Notes under the pieces: generated by a model
What the model was told of the DNA's origin: nothing
Seen by the model: only the letters and a program-made list of their open reading frames with translations
The model's database searches: none
Program-made: the position numbers and the translations under genes
Source of the DNA: Dehalococcoidia bacterium
Lineage (GTDB): Bacteria; Chloroflexota; Dehalococcoidia; Lucifugimonadales; Australimonadaceae
Length of the DNA stretch: 64,000 nucleotides
NCBI GenBank assembly: GCA_965116305.1
Contig: OZ220673.1
Span: 2,403,362 to 2,467,361, forward strand
Reading direction: 5' to 3'
Shown: positions 34,288-44,401 of the stretch, piece by piece
Numbering within the stretch: position 1 is the first letter of the stretch
Layout of the letters: each line of letters begins with the position of its first letter

Positions 34288-35705
34288 GCAACGACCCGCC
34301 CATCCGGTTCGGCACCGACGGCTGGCGAGCGCTCATCGCCCGGGACTATACGTTCGAGAACGTGCGCATCTGCGCCGCCGCCGTCGCCGCGTACCTCAAG
34401 GACGAGGGGCTGGGCGAGCGCGGGGCCGTCGTCGGCTACGACACCCGCTGGGGTTCGCCGGAGTTCGCGGCAGAGGCCGCCGCCGTCATCGCAGCGAGCG
34501 GGATCCCCACGTACGTCTCCAGCCACGTCTCTCCCACGCCCGTGGTCAGCTACAACATCCTCCACCGGCAGGCGGGGGGCGGCGTCATCATCACCGCCAG
34601 CCATAACTCCGGCCTGTGGAACGGCTTCAAGTACAAGCCCGACTACGCTGGCAGCGCGCCGCCGGAGATCGTCGAGCAGATCGAGCGCCACATAGACGCG
34701 CTCCAGGCTGCGGGAGGCGTGGCCGCCCCCGGACGGGACGCGCCGAAGGCGCAGAGCGTCGAGATGGCGGCCCCCTACCTCGCGAACCTGGCGAACGTCA
34801 TAGACATGCGGGCTATCGGAGCGGCCGGTCTGCGCATCGGCGTGGACGCCATGCACGGCGCAGGCGGAGGGTACTTCAGCGCCGCGCTCGACGGCGCCGG
34901 CGCGAACGTGCAGGAGATGCGCGCCGAGCGGAACCCCGCGTTCCCCGGCATGAAGCAGCCCGAGCCGATCGAGCCCAACCTCGGCCCGAGCATCGAGGCC
35001 GCGCGCGCCGGACGTTTCGACGTCGTGCTCGCGAACGACGGCGACGCCGACCGCCTGGGTGTGCTCGATGAGAACGGCGCCTTCATAGACACGCTCTCCA
35101 CGTTCTCGCTGCTCTGCCTGCACCAGCTGGACGGCAAGGGCCTGCGCGGGCCCATCATCCGCTCTCTCACGCAGAGCGCGATGATCGACAAGCTCGCCGC
35201 GCTGTACGACGTGCCCGTCCACGTGACGCCCGTCGGCTTCAAGTTCGTCGGGCCTGCGATGCTCACGGAGTCGGCGGTCGCGGCAGGAGAGGAGAGCGGC
35301 GGCTACGCCTTCCAGGGCAACATCCCGGAGCGGGACGGCATCTTCAGCGGCCTCCTCTTCGTGGAGCTGATGGCCAGGACCGGCAAACGGGCATCGGAAC
35401 TCGTGAAACTGCTCTTTGAGAAGGTCGGCGAGCATGCCTACGACCGTCTCGACGTCGACCTCGCTCCCGGCGACCCGAAGCCGGACACGCAGGCGCTTGC
35501 CGCGAATCCGCCCGCGTCCATCGCCGGTCTGCGGGTCACCGGCACCGACACCATGGACGGCGTGCGTTACGTGCTGGAGGACGGCTTCTGGGGACTGGTA
35601 CGCCCCTCCGGCACCGAGCCGCTCCTTCGCATCTATGCGGAAGGCGACAGCCCCCAGCGCGTCGCCGAGATGCTCCAGGAGCTGCGCGGTCTCGCGGGAG
35701 CGTAA
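34284..35705 (+). CDS. alpha-D-phosphohexomutase family protein (phosphoglucomutase/phosphomannomutase)
   Basis: The start is set at GTG 34284, which forms a GTGA overlap with the metK stop. ...FGTDGWRA...[14 protein letters not shown] (catalytic Ser)...[11 protein letters not shown]...GEESGGY. Confidence 0.85.
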   Translation: MSNDPPIRFGTDGWRALIARDYTFENVRICAAAVAAYLKDEGLGERGAVVGYDTRWGSPEFAAEAAAVIAASGIPTYVSSHVSPTPVVSYNILHRQAGGGVIITASHNSGLWNGFKYKPDYAGSAPPEIVEQIERHIDALQAAGGVAAPGRDAPKAQSVEMAAPYLANLANVIDMRAIGAAGLRIGVDAMHGAGGGYFSAALDGAGANVQEMRAERNPAFPGMKQPEPIEPNLGPSIEAARAGRFDVVLANDGDADRLGVLDENGAFIDTLSTFSLLCLHQLDGKGLRGPIIRSLTQSAMIDKLAALYDVPVHVTPVGFKFVGPAMLTESAVAAGEESGGYAFQGNIPERDGIFSGLLFVELMARTGKRASELVKLLFEKVGEHAYDRLDVDLAPGDPKPDTQALAANPPASIAGLRVTGTDTMDGVRYVLEDGFWGLVRPSGTEPLLRIYAEGDSPQRVAEMLQELRGLAGA

Positions 35706-35706
35706 A

Positions 35707-35733
35707 GAGAGCCCGCTCGATGAGCGGGCTCTC
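35707..35733. terminator. bidirectional terminator hairpin (GAGAGCCCGCTC / GAGCGGGCTCTC) between the convergent phosphohexomutase gene and rpsI
   Basis: A perfect 12-bp stem starting 2 nt after the TAA at 35703-35705. Confidence 0.6.
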
Positions 35734-35761
35734 TGCTTCAACCGTTGTCAGGGTAGAGCGG

Positions 35762-36166
35762 CTAGCGCTTGGTGTACTGAGGCGCACGGCGGGCGCGCTT
35801 GAGGCCGTACTTCTTGCTCTCCTTGATGCGCGAGTCGCGCGTCAGGTAGCCGTGGCTGCGCAGCTCCTTCTTGAGGTTCGGGTCGGCCAGGAGCAGTGCA
35901 CGGGCGATGCCGTGGCGCAGCGCGTCCGCCCATGCGGAGACGCCGCCACCCTCGATCTTCGCGACGACGTTGAACCGGTCGGCCGCCGCAGAGATGGTCG
36001 AGAACGGTTGCATGGCGCGCTTCTGCCAGTCTATCCAGGGCAGCGCCTCTTCGAGCGGTTTGCCGTTCACGATCACCGTGCCCGTGCCGCCCGGGTAGAG
36101 ACGCACGCGAGCGATGGCAGACTTCCGCTTCCCCGTCCCGTAGTAGTAGCTCTCCTGCGTCGTCAT
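35762..36166 (-). CDS. rpsI: 30S ribosomal protein uS9
   Basis: 134 aa. ...YYGTGKRKSAIARVRL...LTRDSRIKESKKYGLKRARRAPQYTKR. Confidence 0.95.
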   Translation of the reverse strand: MTTQESYYYGTGKRKSAIARVRLYPGGTGTVIVNGKPLEEALPWIDWQKRAMQPFSTISAAADRFNVVAKIEGGGVSAWADALRHGIARALLLADPNLKKELRSHGYLTRDSRIKESKKYGLKRARRAPQYTKR

Positions 36167-36873
36167 CTGGTCTCGCTCTCCTCGTCCTGTTCGCCCTCAG
36201 CGGTTTCTTCCCCCTCGGGCCCGCCTTCCGGCGACTCGTCTACAGCAGCCTCCTCAGCCTCGGCGACGGCCGTTTCGGGCTCCTCCGCTTCCGGAGCGGC
36301 CTCCGCGACTTCTTCAACCGCCTCTGCTTCGGCAACGGCCTGAGGGGCCTCTTCCTCGGCCGCCGTCTCCTCGCGCACGGCTCGGCGCCTGCGGCGCGCG
36401 GGCGCCGGCGCAGGGGCGGCAGGGGCCTGCTTCGCCTTGCCCATGCCTATGCGGACCTGTGCCTCGTGCGGGTGCGTCGCGGCCGTGTACACCTTCAGCC
36501 GCCGGAGCATCCGGCGGCCAAGCCGGTTCCGGGGCAGCATCCCCTTCACCGCGAGCTCGATCACCCGCTCGGGGAAACGCGTCAGCATCTCTTCCAGCGT
36601 GCGCGTGCGCAGGCCGCCGAGGTAACCGGAGTGGCGGTAGTAGAGCTTCTGGGACATCTTGTTGCCGGAGACCCCGACCTTCGCGGCGTTGACCACGATG
36701 ACGAAGTCGTCCGACAGCTGATGGCGGCTGTAGTCCGGGCGGTGCTTGCCCTGCAGCAGACCGGCGACCTTCGTGGCGAGGCGGCCCAGCCGCTCGCCTT
36801 CCGCGTCCACCACGTGCCACTTCTCCTTACGGGCTGCCGGTTTCGTATGTTTCGTCGTGCGTTGTAGTTGCAT
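36163..36873 (-). CDS. rplM: 50S ribosomal protein uL13 with a C-terminal Ala/Glu/Pro-rich tail of about 90 aa
   Basis: 236 aa. The core is ...KWHVVDAEGERLGRLATKVAGLLQGKH...VKGMLPRNRLGR.... The tail is ...APAPAPARRRRRAVREETAAEEEAPQAVAEAEAVEEVAE...GEQDEESETR. An ATGA overlap with rpsI lies at the extended stop. Confidence 0.85.
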   Translation of the reverse strand: MQLQRTTKHTKPAARKEKWHVVDAEGERLGRLATKVAGLLQGKHRPDYSRHQLSDDFVIVVNAAKVGVSGNKMSQKLYYRHSGYLGGLRTRTLEEMLTRFPERVIELAVKGMLPRNRLGRRMLRRLKVYTAATHPHEAQVRIGMGKAKQAPAAPAPAPARRRRRAVREETAAEEEAPQAVAEAEAVEEVAEAAPEAEEPETAVAEAEEAAVDESPEGGPEGEETAEGEQDEESETR

Positions 36874-37630
36874 CGTTCTCAGGCGGGAATCCCGCGTATC
36901 TCACTTCCTGTAGTGTCAGGCCGCGTGCGGGGAGAACCGTCTCCGCCGCGCCCTGCGCTCCGCTCTCGGTCATCTGCTCGAACGCGCTCACCGTCATCCT
37001 GCCAAGCCCCACGTCCACCAGCGCTCCTGCCGTCCGCCGTACCTGCTGGGGGAGAAAGGCGTTCGCCTCCAACTCCACGACCACCTCATCGCCATCCCGG
37101 AACACCGTTGCCCGCGTCATCCGCCTGACGAACGACTTGCCCGCGGGCTGCGGCCCGCTGAAGGCCCGGAAATCGTGCTCCCCGACGAGGCTTGCCGCTG
37201 CCAGGCACATCGCCCCGGTATCCAGCCGGCGCGCCACCCGGTGGGTGACACCACGGCGCAGCGGAGACGGTGTGCCTCCTTCCAGCAGCCGGTAGCGGTA
37301 CACCCTTGCCCCGGCATGCCTCCTGGGGTCGAACGACAGGGGAACGTCGTACGCCGCGCGTACCGCTATCTGTTCTCCCAGGTAGTGGTTCAGCCCGGCC
37401 ACCACGCGTTCGGTGGGCAACGTGCTCTGTGTATCGAACACCCCCACCTGCGCCAAGGCGTGGACCCCGGCGTCGGTGCGTCCGGCCCCACGAACCGTGG
37501 CCCTGACCGTCGTGAGCGACTCTATTGCGTTTTCGAGTTCCTCCTGTATCGAAGGGGCATTCGCCTGGCGTTGAAACCCGGCATACCCCGTCCCGTCGTA
37601 TTCGATGACGAGCGCGATCCGTCTCGTCAC
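36827..37630 (-). CDS. truA: tRNA pseudouridine(38-40) synthase
   Basis: 267 aa. MTRRIALVIEYDGTGYAGFQRQ...GAGRTDAGVHA. Confidence 0.9.
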   Translation of the reverse strand: MTRRIALVIEYDGTGYAGFQRQANAPSIQEELENAIESLTTVRATVRGAGRTDAGVHALAQVGVFDTQSTLPTERVVAGLNHYLGEQIAVRAAYDVPLSFDPRRHAGARVYRYRLLEGGTPSPLRRGVTHRVARRLDTGAMCLAAASLVGEHDFRAFSGPQPAGKSFVRRMTRATVFRDGDEVVVELEANAFLPQQVRRTAGALVDVGLGRMTVSAFEQMTESGAQGAAETVLPARGLTLQEVRYAGFPPENDATTTHDETYETGSP

Positions 37631-37639
37631 GGTCCTCCT

Positions 37640-37990
37640 CTACACCAACTCCAGCAACGCCATCGGTGCGGCGTCGCCCTTGCGCGGCATGAGCTTCACC
37701 ATCCGCGTGTACCCGCCGGGCCGGTCCGCGTACCTCGGGCCTATCTCATTGAAGAGCCGCTCGACGGCGTGCTTGTCCGGCACTACGGAGAGCGCCTGGC
37801 GCCGGTTGTGCAGCGTTGCGTCTCTCCCCTTGCTGATGATCTTCTCCGCCAGAGCACGCACTTCGCGAGCCTTGGCCTCGGTTGTCGTTACGCGCTCGTG
37901 ACGCAGCAACTGCGAGACGAGATTGTTCATCAGCGCCTCGCGGTGCTCGCTGCGACGGCCCAGTTTGCGGCCTGCTACCCGATGTCGCAT
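37640..37990 (-). CDS. rplQ: 50S ribosomal protein bL17
   Basis: 116 aa. MRHRVAGRKLGRRSEHREALMNNL...TTEAKAREVR. Confidence 0.95.
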   Translation of the reverse strand: MRHRVAGRKLGRRSEHREALMNNLVSQLLRHERVTTTEAKAREVRALAEKIISKGRDATLHNRRQALSVVPDKHAVERLFNEIGPRYADRPGGYTRMVKLMPRKGDAAPMALLELV

Positions 37991-37994
37991 CGCC

Positions 37995-39056
37995 TTACGC
38001 CTCCTCCTCTGCCGTCTGCTCCGAGGCGGCGGCTACAGGGGACAGGTCAGGCGCGCTGTCCTGCGTCCACAAGCCGGGGTGGGTGATGCCTATCTCACGC
38101 AGGCGCTCGTCCAGCTCATCGAGCGACTTCTCGCCGAAGTTCCGGATGCGCAGCAGCTCGTCGCGGTCCCGCTCCAGGACCTCGCCCACCTTGTGGATCG
38201 CGGCGCGCTTCAGGCAGTTGAGCGTCCGCATGGTGAGGTTGAGGTTCTCAACCAGCATGTTGTACTGCGAGGAGGGAATCGCCGCTGCCCACATCATCCG
38301 GTCGCCGTCCTGCGACTGCGACTCCGAGACGGTGGAGAAACGGAAGAAGTGCTCAACCAGCTCCTGCCCTGCCTGGCGCATCGCCTCGGCGGGAGAGACT
38401 GCTCCGTTCGTCCAAACTTCGACGTTCAGCCGCTCGTAGTCCGTGTGCTGCCCGACGCGGGTGCGCTCCACCGTGTAGTTCACCTTGCGCACCGGGGTGT
38501 AGATGGCATCGACGGGCAACTCCCCGATGGGGCGGCCGTCGCCGGACGCCGCGGGTTCGTAGCCCTTGCCGGTCTCCACGTTCAGGTCCATCTCGAGCTT
38601 CGAGTCCGGGCCGTCCAGCGTGGCGATGTGGAACTCAGGGTTCACGATCTCGAAGTCCGGAGACATGATGATGTCTCCCGCCTTCACCTCGCCGGGCCCC
38701 TCGACGCGCAGGCGGAGCTTGCCGGGCCTGCTGGTGTGCGCGCGCAGGTTGATGGACTTGACGTTGAGCAGGATGTCCACCACGTCCTCCTTCACATGGG
38801 GAACGGTGGAGTATTCGTGCTCGACACCCTCGATCTTGACGGAGCTGATAGCCGAGCCGTTGATGGAGCTCAACAGCACGCGGCGCAGGGGGTTCCCCAA
38901 CGTCACGCCGTACCCGCGCGGCAGCGGTTCGATGACGAACATCCCGTAGTTCTCACCGGATTCCGTCATCCTCACCGTGGGTTTGGGCACAGGCGCGAGG
39001 TCGAAACTGGAGTCGCGAGGCTCGTCGTAGCCGTAGTCCAACATCTCTTGTTCCAT
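37995..39056 (-). CDS. rpoA: DNA-directed RNA polymerase subunit alpha
   Basis: 353 aa. The NTD has ...FVIEPLPRGYGVTLGNPLRRVLLSS. The CTD has ...ENLNLTMRTLNCLKRAAIHKVGEVL. Confidence 0.95.
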   Translation of the reverse strand: MEQEMLDYGYDEPRDSSFDLAPVPKPTVRMTESGENYGMFVIEPLPRGYGVTLGNPLRRVLLSSINGSAISSVKIEGVEHEYSTVPHVKEDVVDILLNVKSINLRAHTSRPGKLRLRVEGPGEVKAGDIIMSPDFEIVNPEFHIATLDGPDSKLEMDLNVETGKGYEPAASGDGRPIGELPVDAIYTPVRKVNYTVERTRVGQHTDYERLNVEVWTNGAVSPAEAMRQAGQELVEHFFRFSTVSESQSQDGDRMMWAAAIPSSQYNMLVENLNLTMRTLNCLKRAAIHKVGEVLERDRDELLRIRNFGEKSLDELDERLREIGITHPGLWTQDSAPDLSPVAAASEQTAEEEA

Positions 39057-39108
39057 CCTTCATGCACCCCGGCCCTCCTCGGAGAGCCGGGCGAACCAAG
39101 CCAGCCCG

Positions 39109-39735
39109 TCAGCGCGAGTAGAACTCCACGACCATTCGGGTCTCGATCTTGCTGTCTATGTCCACCGGTTCCGGGTTCCGCGTGATCATCGCGGTCATCT
39201 CGCTCCGGTCGAACTCGATCCACTCCGGGAGCGGCCGCTGACCGACCGAGCGGACGGCGTCCTGCCCGAACTGCGCGTCCTTGCTGGACTGCTTCCAGGC
39301 GATCATCTCGCCCGGCCGGACACGGTAGGAGGGGATGTTCACCTTCCGGCCGTTCACGGTGAAGTGTCCGTGCAGCACGCGCTGGCGGGCCTGCGCCCGG
39401 GAGTCCGCAAAGCCGATGCGGTAGATCACGTTATCCAGCCGGCGCTCCAGCAGTTGCATCAGGTTCTCACCCGTTGCGCCCTGCATCCGGAGCGCGTCGC
39501 TGAAGTAGCGGCGGAACTGGCGCTCCAGCACGCCGTAAGACTGGCGCGCCTTCTGCTTCTCGCGCAGTTGTATCGCCCAGTCCGACGCACGGCGGCGGCG
39601 CGGCTGCTGGTCGCCGGGCGTCTTGCGGCGCTTCTCCACCCCGCACTTGGGAGTGAAGCAGCGCTCGCCCTTCAGGAACAGTTTCTCTCCTGCGCGCCGG
39701 CACTGCCGGCACACGGGGCCTGTGTATCTTGCCAT
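39109..39735 (-). CDS. rpsD: 30S ribosomal protein uS4
   Basis: 208 aa. MARYTGPVCRQCRRAGEKLFLKGERCFTPKC... with a Cys-rich N-terminus. Confidence 0.95.
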   Translation of the reverse strand: MARYTGPVCRQCRRAGEKLFLKGERCFTPKCGVEKRRKTPGDQQPRRRRASDWAIQLREKQKARQSYGVLERQFRRYFSDALRMQGATGENLMQLLERRLDNVIYRIGFADSRAQARQRVLHGHFTVNGRKVNIPSYRVRPGEMIAWKQSSKDAQFGQDAVRSVGQRPLPEWIEFDRSEMTAMITRNPEPVDIDSKIETRMVVEFYSR

Positions 39736-39744
39736 CTTTGCCTC

Positions 39745-40137
39745 TTAGACCCGCCGCCGTTTCGGAGGACGGCAGCCGTTATGCGGAACCGGCGTAACGT
39801 CGCGGATGCTCGTGACGGTCAGACCTGCACCCTGCAGTGCACGGATCGCCGATTCGCGCCCCGCACCGGGACCTCGTACGTACACTTCGACCTGGCGCAG
39901 ACCGAAGTCCATAGCCTTGCGCGCAGCAGTCTCAGAGACGCGCTGCGCCGCGAAGGCCGTGCTCTTCCGCGCTCCCTTGAATCCAACGCCACCGCCTGAG
40001 CCCCAGGCCACAACGTTGCCCTCGGGGTCGGTGAGCGAAACTATCGTGTTGTTGAACGTCGCCGTGATGAACACCTTGCCGCGCGGAACGAACTTCCGCT
40101 CCCGGCGCCGCGTCCTTGTTCTGTTGGCCCTGGCCAA
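39745..40137 (-). CDS. rpsK: 30S ribosomal protein uS11
   Basis: 130 aa. ...[30 protein letters not shown]...[18 protein letters not shown]. Confidence 0.95.
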   Translation of the reverse strand: MARANRTRTRRRERKFVPRGKVFITATFNNTIVSLTDPEGNVVAWGSGGGVGFKGARKSTAFAAQRVSETAARKAMDFGLRQVEVYVRGPGAGRESAIRALQGAGLTVTSIRDVTPVPHNGCRPPKRRRV

Positions 40138-40156
40138 GATGATTCCTCCGCCCGTC

Positions 40157-40537
40157 CTACTTCTTCATCACACGCCGCTTGCCGGCGACCGTCCTGCGGC
40201 CGCTCCGCTTCGTGCGTGCGTTCGTCTTCGTCCGCTGACCGTGCACCGGCAGACCGCGACGGTGCCGCAGCCCCCGGTAAGCGCCGATGTCTATCAACCG
40301 GCGGATGTTGTCATTCACTTCCCGCTTGAGGTCACCTTCCACGGTGTATTCGTGGTCGATGATCTCCCTGACGCGGGCCATCTGCTCGTCCGGCACCTCA
40401 CGGACCTTCGGGTTGCCGGCGATACCGGCCTGCGACGCGATGCGCGTTGCAGCCGTCGGCCCGATACCATGGATGCGCCTGAGCGCTATCTCCACGCGCT
40501 TGTTGTCCGGTATGTCCACCCCTGCTACGCGTGCCAT
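40157..40537 (-). CDS. rpsM: 30S ribosomal protein uS13
   Basis: The start is set at [19 protein letters not shown] (ATG 40537) inside ORF 40157..40624. Confidence 0.95.
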   Translation of the reverse strand: MARVAGVDIPDNKRVEIALRRIHGIGPTAATRIASQAGIAGNPKVREVPDEQMARVREIIDHEYTVEGDLKREVNDNIRRLIDIGAYRGLRHRRGLPVHGQRTKTNARTKRSGRRTVAGKRRVMKK

Positions 40538-40541
40538 GGCC

Positions 40542-40655
40542 TCACCCCTGCTTCTGGTTGTGCCGCGGGTTGGAGCAGATGATCCGCAGCGTGCGGCCAC
40601 GCCGTATCTGACGGCACTTGTCACACCGCGGCTTGACCGATGCTGATACCTTCAC
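40542..40655 (-). CDS. rpmJ: 50S ribosomal protein bL36 (Zn-binding C+ form)
   Basis: GTG 40655 with GGAG upstream. [37 protein letters not shown] is the tail of track ORF 40542..40814. Confidence 0.9.
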   Translation of the reverse strand: MKVSASVKPRCDKCRQIRRGRTLRIICSNPRHNQKQG

Positions 40656-40671
40656 GTCGTCCCTGCTCCTT

Positions 40672-40890
40672 CTACTTGAACCGGTAGGTGATCCGCCCAC
40701 GGGTAAGGTCGTACGGCGACAGTTCCACCAGCACGCGGTCCCCGGGAAGAACGCGGATGAAGTGCATCCGCATCTTGCCTGACACGTGCGCCAGCACCTC
40801 GTGGCCGTTCGCAAGCTCCGCGCGGAAGGTTGCGTTCGGCAGCGCCTCCATCACCGTGGCCTCGACCTCTATGGACTCTTTCTTTGCCAT
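40672..40890 (-). CDS. infA: translation initiation factor IF-1
   Basis: The start is set at [26 protein letters not shown]... (ATG 40890). It is 72 aa. Confidence 0.95.
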   Translation of the reverse strand: MAKKESIEVEATVMEALPNATFRAELANGHEVLAHVSGKMRMHFIRVLPGDRVLVELSPYDLTRGRITYRFK

Positions 40891-40909
40891 GCGGCTTACA
40901 TCTTTCTCC

Positions 40910-41722
40910 CTACTGGTCCACCTTCGTCGTAATGATGGGAGCACCCTCGGTGACGATCACCGTGTGCTCATAGTGGACGGACACCGATCCGTCCACGGTA
41001 ACCACTGTCCAGTCGTCGTCCAGCACGGTCGTGCCATCGCCGCCGAAGTTCACCATCGGCTCGATGGCGATGGCCATCCCCGGACGCAGCAGCGGCCCGT
41101 GTCCACCGGGGCCGAAGTTGGGAACGGACGGCTCTTCGTGCAACTGGGTGCCGATGCCATGCCCGACGTACTCCCTGACGATGCCATATCGACCGCGGCG
41201 CAGGATCTCCTGCTCCACGGCGTGGGAGACGTCGCCAACGCGGTTGCCCGCGCGCGCCTGCGCGATGCCGGCGAACAGCGCCGCACGCCCCGTCTCCATC
41301 TGAGCGCGGATGCCTTCGCTCACGTCTCCAACCGCCACGGTCACCGCGGAGTCGCCGTACAGCCCGTCGACGATCGCCCCGAGGTCCATCCCCACGACGT
41401 CGCCGACCCGGATGACGCGGTCGCCGGGTATGCCGTGGACGATCTCCTCGTTGAGGGAGATGCACAGCGTAGCGGGAAAGCCGCGGTAGCCCTTGAACGC
41501 GGGAACCGCCCCACGGGCCCGTATCTCGCGCTCCGCGATGGCGTCCATCTCCCGCGTCGTCATCCCGGGGGCTATCGACTCGCGCAGCACACGCAGAACC
41601 TCGCCGGTAACGCGCCCAGCCTCCTGCATCCGGTCCAGCTCCTTCGAGCTCTTGACCGTGATGCCGCCGCGCCCGCTCCTGACGCCCAGGTCCCGCAGCA
41701 CCGATTTCGTCTGTGTCATCAT
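40910..41722 (-). CDS. map: type I methionine aminopeptidase
   Basis: The start is set at MMTQTK (ATG 41722). ...[26 protein letters not shown]...[12 protein letters not shown]...AIEPM. Confidence 0.9.
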   Translation of the reverse strand: MMTQTKSVLRDLGVRSGRGGITVKSSKELDRMQEAGRVTGEVLRVLRESIAPGMTTREMDAIAEREIRARGAVPAFKGYRGFPATLCISLNEEIVHGIPGDRVIRVGDVVGMDLGAIVDGLYGDSAVTVAVGDVSEGIRAQMETGRAALFAGIAQARAGNRVGDVSHAVEQEILRRGRYGIVREYVGHGIGTQLHEEPSVPNFGPGGHGPLLRPGMAIAIEPMVNFGGDGTTVLDDDWTVVTVDGSVSVHYEHTVIVTEGAPIITTKVDQ

Positions 41723-41772
41723 CCGCAAACGCCTATTGTACGTGCCACACGCAGACAACGCAAAGCGCTGTC

Positions 41773-42423
41773 TCATGCGCCAAAGGCCGCCTCCAGGTCT
41801 GTCGTTACCTGTTCCACACTCTGCTGGCCGTTCACCCGCGCCAGCTTCCCCTGCGACTCGTAGTAGCCCACCAGCGGCGCAGTTTGCCGCTCGTACGTCT
41901 CCAGCCGCGCGCGCACCACCTCGGGCTTGTCGTCGTCACGCTGGTACAACTCGCCGCCGCAGAAGTCGCAGCTCCATGCCGTCCGCGGAGGCGAGAACGT
42001 CTCGTGGTACGGCGTCTGGCACTTCCGGCATATCCACCGTCCGGCCAGCCGGCGCACGAGCTCTTCCGTCTCCACTTCTATCAGCAGCGCCGCGGCTATC
42101 TCGCGTCCCTGACCGTCCAGAGCCTCGTCCAGCGCCTTTGCCTGTTCCATCGTCCGGGGGAAGCCGTCCAGCACGTAGCCGTCCCGGGCGTCCGGCTCGT
42201 CCATGCGCTCGAGCACCATCCGGATCGTGACGTCGTCCGGCACCAGCTCGCCCTTGTCCATGTACGTCTTCGCGAGCGCTCCGAGCTCGGTGCCCTCGCC
42301 CAGGTGCTTGCGGAACAGGTCTCCGGACGCGATGTGCGCGCCAGCCCCGCCTTCGGCGATGAGCGCCGCCTGCGTGCCCTTCCCGGCGCCGGGGGGACCC
42401 AACAGCACAACGCGCGCGCTCAT
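41773..42423 (-). CDS. adk: adenylate kinase (Zn-lid type)
   Basis: The start is set at MSARVVLLGPPGAGKGTQA (ATG 42423), which forms an ATGA overlap with the secY stop. The lid is CRKCQTPYH...CDFCGG. Confidence 0.95.
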   Translation of the reverse strand: MSARVVLLGPPGAGKGTQAALIAEGGAGAHIASGDLFRKHLGEGTELGALAKTYMDKGELVPDDVTIRMVLERMDEPDARDGYVLDGFPRTMEQAKALDEALDGQGREIAAALLIEVETEELVRRLAGRWICRKCQTPYHETFSPPRTAWSCDFCGGELYQRDDDKPEVVRARLETYERQTAPLVGYYESQGKLARVNGQQSVEQVTTDLEAAFGA

Positions 42424-43763
42424 CGGAGGAACCCCTCGTAGTTGCGCATGAGCAGTTGCGCTTCCAACTGGCGCATGAAGTCGAGCGCGACGGACACCAT
42501 GATGAGCAGGCTCGTGCTGCTGAGCGTCAGCGCCTCGACCCCCGTAACCCGCGTGAAGAAGAACGGCAGCACGGCCACGGTGCCCAGGAAGAGCGCGCCG
42601 CCCCACGTGATGCGCACGATGACGCGGTTCAGGTACTGCTGCGTCGGCACGCCCGGTCGGATGCCGGGCACGAACCCACCGTTCTTCTGCAAGTTCTCCG
42701 CCAATTGCTGTTGCTGGAAGACCACGAGCGTATAGAAGAACGTGAAGATCACCACCAGGATGAAGATCGCCACCCAGTACCAGAGCGATGTGTAGGCGAA
42801 CGTGCGTACGATGAACCCCGCGACGCTCGACAGGAAGCCGGAGCTGGACGGGTTGTAGATGAAGCCCGCAACCGTGCCCGGCAGCACCATGATGGCGAAC
42901 GCGAAGATCAGCGGGATCATGCCCGCGGAGTTCACGCGCAACGGCAGATGCGTCGCGCCTGTCTGTCTATACATCCGGCCGCCCCGGAATACGCTCCGGC
43001 CATACTGGACAGGGATGCGCCGCTGGGCCTCGTTGAACACGACGATGAAGAAGACGAGCACCAGCCCCGCGGCGGCGAGCGAGAGCAGCCCCACGGTGTT
43101 GTCGCGCGCGAGGAACCCCTGGGATAACAGCCCGGGCAAGCCCGACACGATGCCCGCGAAGATGATGAGCGAGATGCCGTTGCCGACGCCGCGTTCGGTG
43201 ATGAGTTCGCCCATCCAGACCAGCAACATCGTTCCGCCCACGAAACTGATGACGATAGTCAGCGTCTCGAAGGAGCCCTCACCGACAAAACCGATGGGGT
43301 GCGTGAACACGCCCGCACGGGAGAACAGCAGCAGCTGTCCGTAGCCGGAGAAGAAGGCTATGGGAACGGTGATCCAGTGCGTGATCTGGTTTATCCGCTG
43401 CCGCCCGCTGTCGCCTTCCCTGGCGAGCGCCTGCAGCTGGGGCAGGACCGGCGTCAGCACCTGGATCACGATGGACGACGTGATGTACGGGAACACGCCC
43501 AGCGCGGCGATGCTCATGTTGCGCAGTCCGCCGCCGCTGAACAGGTCGAACAGGGGCACGAGCGGGTTGCTCTGGAAGAGGTTGCCCAGGGCTGAACGCT
43601 CGACACCCGGCACCGGCACGTGGGCCAGCAGGCGGAAGATCACGAGCATCGCGAGCACGAACAGGATCCGGCTCCGCAGGTCCGGCGTCCTGAACGCATC
43701 GATCATCGCCTGGATGAGCGCCGGTCTGCCCGGCTGCTCACGGGCGGTCTGCCCGGCTCGCAC
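42420..43763 (-). CDS. secY: preprotein translocase subunit SecY
   Basis: 447 aa with 10 TM segments. ...LFSGGGLRNMSIAALGVFPYITSSIV... Confidence 0.95.
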   Translation of the reverse strand: MRAGQTAREQPGRPALIQAMIDAFRTPDLRSRILFVLAMLVIFRLLAHVPVPGVERSALGNLFQSNPLVPLFDLFSGGGLRNMSIAALGVFPYITSSIVIQVLTPVLPQLQALAREGDSGRQRINQITHWITVPIAFFSGYGQLLLFSRAGVFTHPIGFVGEGSFETLTIVISFVGGTMLLVWMGELITERGVGNGISLIIFAGIVSGLPGLLSQGFLARDNTVGLLSLAAAGLVLVFFIVVFNEAQRRIPVQYGRSVFRGGRMYRQTGATHLPLRVNSAGMIPLIFAFAIMVLPGTVAGFIYNPSSSGFLSSVAGFIVRTFAYTSLWYWVAIFILVVIFTFFYTLVVFQQQQLAENLQKNGGFVPGIRPGVPTQQYLNRVIVRITWGGALFLGTVAVLPFFFTRVTGVEALTLSSTSLLIMVSVALDFMRQLEAQLLMRNYEGFLR

Positions 43764-43766
43764 CGC

Positions 43767-44207
43767 TTACGCCTCCACTGAGCCGCCAGTCGCCTCGATC
43801 CTGGCCCTGGCGGACGCCGTAACCTTCACTCCCGATACCGTGAAAGCACGCTCTATCCCGCCGCCGCCCAGCAACTTCACCGGTCTGTCCGCGTGCCTGA
43901 CCATCCCGTTCGCCTTCAGCACCGACGGCGTGATGCCGCTCACCTCGTCAGGGAGCGAGGCCAGCCTGCCGACGTTCACCACCTGGTACTCCACGCGGAA
44001 CGGGTTCTTGAAGCCGCGCAGCATCGGCAGACCCTTGATCTGCGGGTTCTGACCGCCCTCGAAGCCGGGGCGGACGCCGCCGCCGGAGCGGGCCTTCTGT
44101 CCCTTCATCCCGCGCCCCGAGTAGGTGCCCCTGCCGGAGCCGTCGCCCCGACCGACACGCTTGCGCTTCGGGCGCGCATGAGCAGACCGAATCGTGTGCG
44201 CCTGCAT
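43767..44207 (-). CDS. rplO: 50S ribosomal protein uL15
   Basis: 146 aa. ...RVGRGDGSGRGTYSGRGMKGQKARSG... Confidence 0.95.
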   Translation of the reverse strand: MQAHTIRSAHARPKRKRVGRGDGSGRGTYSGRGMKGQKARSGGGVRPGFEGGQNPQIKGLPMLRGFKNPFRVEYQVVNVGRLASLPDEVSGITPSVLKANGMVRHADRPVKLLGGGGIERAFTVSGVKVTASARARIEATGGSVEA

Positions 44208-44210
44208 CGC

Positions 44211-44399
44211 TTAGCCTTCCTCTCCTGCGCTCACCGACACCAGATGACGCACCTTGTGCACCATCCCCCGGATCGTGGGGCTGTCCTCCCGCACGACCTC
44301 GTGCTGGAGGCGCCGTAGCCCGAGCGCCTTGATCGTGCGGCGCTGGCTCTGTTCGTAACCTATGCCGCTCCGCACCCACTTGATACGCAGTTTCGCCAT
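44211..44399 (-). CDS. rpmD: 50S ribosomal protein uL30
   Basis: 62 aa. MAKLRIKWVRSGIGYEQSQRRTIKALGLRRL... Confidence 0.9.
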   Translation of the reverse strand: MAKLRIKWVRSGIGYEQSQRRTIKALGLRRLQHEVVREDSPTIRGMVHKVRHLVSVSAGEEG

Positions 44400-44401
44400 C
44401 G

